A stretch of 39,815 nucleotides of DNA from Octopus bimaculoides (lineage: Eukaryota). Shown here one piece after another: positions 36,280 through 39,815 of this stretch. Below the pieces are notes generated by a model, which worked only from the letters and a program-made list of their open reading frames with translations, searched no databases and was not told where the DNA came from. The position numbers and the translations under genes are program-made. The stretch spans positions 37,741,595-37,781,409 of the forward strand of contig NC_068997.1 in the NCBI RefSeq assembly GCF_001194135.2, written 5' to 3'. How positions within the stretch are numbered: position 1 is the first letter of the stretch; every line of letters begins with the position of its first letter.

Positions 36280-36990
36280 ATGATTAGATACTTATGTAAA
36301 GAATACAAGTGACCAGATGAACTCTACTGGATATCAGAAGTAAAGAAAAATGTAAAGGAATTCAAAATCAGCGTGACTGAGGAGCATTAAGAAAAGTAAT
36401 GCATTGCATGGCAAATACCCTACAAGGGTCAGTGATTCTGATGCTAATACAAATATGATTGGCTGCACGGAGACTTTAATCAGAAATAGTAAGCTTCACT
36501 ACAACAGCTCAGGATCATTGTCTGCCCTCCACAAACTACCAAGCAAGCAATTTTTAAAATGGCACTGATCCCGCCTGCCACAATTTTTGGTGCAACCAGA
36601 GAAACAACTGACCACTTCATCTCTGGATGCTTTATGTGAGCCTCAAATGAATATATTCATTTGAGGCTCACATAGAGCCATTGTCAGTATTTATACGGGA
36701 TTATATGCCTTAAGTGTAGACTCCCATATGAGAAGAACTGGTGGGAACATAAACCTCCCAAAGTCGTAGAAGATATCAACGTTCTTTGATTATTCAAACT
36801 GATTGAGCTAATCAAACCTGAAATTGTACAAAATCACGTTGACAAAACATGTTTGTTTATCAATATATCAATCCTAGCAGACTGCAACATTTCTGTAAAA
36901 ACATTCAAAAAGTTCAGTAAATACAAGGACCGTGAAATAGAGGCTTCTTAATCTACTTATGGTCATCAGAGCTTTGGGGACATTACCAAA
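36280..36990 (+). mobile_element. R4/Dong-type RLE LINE, C-terminal remnant
   Basis: HGKYPTR, ETTDHFISGC, NWWEHKPPKVVE, ANQ/KPEIV, KTCLFI.ISI.ADCNISVK..KFSKYKD.EIE, RALGTLP. Confidence 0.8.
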
Positions 36991-36997
36991 TAATAAT

Positions 36998-37212
36998 AAT
37001 GATTTCAAATATGGCACAAGGTCTGCTATTTTAGTGGAGGGGATAAGTCAGTTACATCGATCTCAGTGCTCAATTTGTAATTATTTTATAGACCCCGAAA
37101 GGATGAAAGACAAAGTCGATCTCGGTGACGTTTGAGCTTAGAACATAAAGCTGGAAGAAATGTTGCGAATCATTTTGTCCGACGTGCTATCGATTCTATC
37201 AGTTCGTCGTTT
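36998..37212 (-). mobile_element. tRNA-derived SINE, family A
   Basis: gaccccgaaaggatgaaagacaaagtcgatctcgg...tttgagcttagaac...gacgtgctatcgattc. Confidence 0.75.
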
Positions 37213-37214
37213 TA

Positions 37215-37274
<60 letters not shown>

Positions 37275-38883
37275 GTTTTTATTAATCACTAAGCGTTTAG
37301 AAAGAGCTCGAGGAAAGTACAGAACAATACAATACAATATGATGTGATATGATGTAGGGTCATGTGAACGTGTATAAACAGTGAAAATAGCATAAGCAAA
37401 GACACAAAATATAAAAGCAAATTCCACAAAAGTAGGGAGACTTTGAAGGGATGCTTGCAGAAAACCATTTTCATCCGGACCTCTAGAGTAAGTGCCCTCT
37501 CTCTATTCGCTTCTCCCAGTCGACCGGAGCATGGTTAGAGCTCTTTTCTCAGACCATTCTTGCTACTCTCTCCAACTTTTTGACAAATTTTCTCGTAAGC
37601 ATCACTTCCTTCTGCACCCCCACTTTCTTTCTCAAGCGAAAATTGAAAAAGATGATGCGGGTATGGCCAAAGAGCAAAGTTTCAATCTTGTCCACCACAC
37701 AACCTCTTTCTATCTGGTCCATCATTGACAAGACCAAGGAAGGTCAAAATCCCGTGATCTGCTGGTCTTAGCGCTGAAGGTGGCGGGAATTTAACACCTC
37801 TCTAGCGATGTAGGCAAGAGTGCACTTTGCACCAAAAACTAATATGAAAGTTTCTCTCTTGGTATCTAGAGCAGTATAGTTTGTTCGAAAAAAACATCCA
37901 CGTTTAAGTGGGAATAAATATTACTTTTCGATATTAATACTGCCTCTGTTGCTTATAAATGTTTTTTAAGAAGCCCATTGACTAATCGCTACACCCGCGC
38001 CTGTTCTGGCACTGTTATTACATATATCGCTGGCGGAGAAGAATCGCTACTGTCTCTTGTGGTCGAGCGTCCATCATTTAAAAGACCAAAGCAGGTCGAA
38101 ATCACGTGTTCTGGTGGACTCAGCGCAAGAGGTGGTAGGGGTTTATATCTCCGCTTGTAATATAAACAAGTGTGTAATTTGCATCAAAATTGAAAGTTTC
38201 TCTCATGGTAACTACCACAATATAGTTTTTTTCTACTGCATCTGTCGCTTAGAAATTAATAGTAAGTTACGCCCCTTCGTGTTCTCAATTAGAATATCGT
38301 TGTTTACTTAGGAGTCAATGAAATAGTAACCAGTCAAATATTGGCACCATAATAATCGTCTGTATCCTTTACACAACAGGAAAACATTAATATAAAAGCA
38401 TTATGAAAAACATTAGTATAAAAATAATTGATATAATCCAAGTAATTTATTCATAGCAGACTATCACAATATTATATGAAGGTCTGCTATAAAAAATAAA
38501 ATCTGATTGATTTATCTAGTAACGATTTCTGTATTTTAGACGTCGATACCTGGACCAGTGTTCTGCACTGAAAGAGTATCAGCAACCCCCAAAGTCACTG
38601 ATATTTATGAAATATGTAACACATTCGGTAGATGAAATAACATTGAATTCAGAGAAGACTAAATGGCTTGCTGACAATTCTACTGAAGACGTGGCAAAGG
38701 AATATTGTTCCAAGATAACTTTGGACGTATTTTCATAATGTTTAAAAAAGGACATGGTATGCTCTACACGAAAGGAAGATCAAAGGATATATATAAAAAA
38801 AATACAGGCTTGCCTCCTTCATTTCACATGAGGGCTGAAGAAAATATTAGCATTGAAATTGTGCGATGGTAAATGAATCTTAC

Positions 38884-38978
38884 CTGACATTTAGCTAATG
38901 CGCTTTCAAATGTAACCGGTGGATATAGAATGAATTGGTAGCAATGCAATTTGTAATCTTTCCAAGTAACTGGACAAC
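38884..38978 (-). CDS. CNTN: Contactin-like, first coding exon visible (start of C-type lectin-like domain)
   Basis: ttttag|GT TGT CCA ... CAG|gtaaga; 95 nt, phase 1 to 0. Encodes GCPVTWKDYKLHCYQFILYPPVTFESALAKCQ, a CP..W.....CY.F....A...C long-form CTLD start. Confidence 0.88.
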
Positions 38979-39267
38979 CTAAAATTAAAGCAAGATATAT
39001 TAATTTCTTCATTTACTATCTATATATTAAAATCCGGTGATTTATTAAAAAACAAAACAAAAAAATCATGTATCTGTATGTATATTTAGCTGGTTTATAC
39101 TTAGATTTGAACCTGAGACTTGTTTCCGATCAGGTACATTCATATGAACAACAACTCGAATTTTATAGATTAAGTAATGACTTCATCTAGCCAATAGAAT
39201 TTCTAAGTAATTCGAGTGATGAAGTTACCATTGATCAGTTCAATCAGTTTTATTAGAGAGCTTACAA

Positions 39268-39476
39268 AAGCAGTGAGCTGGTAGAATCGTTAGCACGCCG
39301 GGATAAATTCTTGGTTGTATTTCGTCCGTTTGCACGTTCTGAGTTGAAATTCTGCCGAAGTCGGCTTTATCTTTTATCTTTGCTAGGGTCGATAAAATAA
39401 GTACCAGTTGAGTACTTGGGTCGATGTAATCGACTCCTCCAAAATCCCAGGCCGTGTGCTTGTAGTAGAAAGGATG
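39268..39476 (+). mobile_element. tRNA-derived SINE, family A, sense orientation
   Basis: aaagcagtgagctggtagaatcgttagcacgccgg...ttctgagttgaaattctgccgaagtcggc, the reverse complement of the other copies. Confidence 0.8.
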
Positions 39477-39815
39477 GATCTTGTTCAAAACGGGGGCACC
39501 AGTATTTTCTTAACGAAACACTTTGAAACTTGGGACACTGGTAGAATGTGTTATATAAAACATCTTTTTCTCTTAGTCTTCTTAACAAAAAAACGTACAT
39601 CGCAAGTTATTTCATGTTAAAGTTGTTGTATTTCTGTAATTTCAACCAATGACTGACGTCCATTCAGCCGTAAAAATTAAGTGCTGACTACGTAAACAAA
39701 CGATTCTCAAACGATTCTGGCGGTGATAAAATTATTATTTCCTTGTCAAAAAATGGCTGAAGCATATTGGCAGTAGCTAATAAACCTTTCTATTATAGGC
39801 ACAAGGCCTGGTTTT

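Noticed and set aside
37440-37790. Several short ORFs on both strands, possibly a transposase remnant
   Set aside because: No diagnostic motif could be matched with confidence.

Overview
AT-rich, microsatellite- and gap-rich eukaryotic DNA; the repeat families suggest a cephalopod, most likely Octopus (inference). The only host gene I can support is a minus-strand contactin of the invertebrate type (N-terminal C-type lectin-like domain plus Ig domains). I reconstructed 11 internal coding exons between 38978 and 12296. All have AG/GT boundaries and matching phases, total 1968 nt (~656 aa), and encode the CTLD and Ig1-Ig5. The signal-peptide exon and the Ig6/FN3/GPI exons were not found in the window. 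The introns hold decayed mobile elements: three or four Penelope-like fragments, three mariner remnants, a Chapaev3-type (CMC) transposase, a Gypsy integrase fragment, several R4/Dong-type restriction-like-endonuclease (RLE) LINEs and tRNA-derived SINEs. The most interesting non-gene signals are: (1) hammerhead-ribozyme motifs beside Penelope fragments; (2) a fold-back unit enclosing a tRNA-like head, followed by a degenerate hammerhead-like stretch; (3) head-to-tail RLE LINE copies tied to (CATA)n; (4) a (TAA)n-tailed candidate non-autonomous partner element; (5) a perfect 42-bp palindrome inside a dead LINE. No CRISPR, rRNA or prokaryotic system was seen. Mobile-element boundaries are approximate; exon boundaries were counted base by base.
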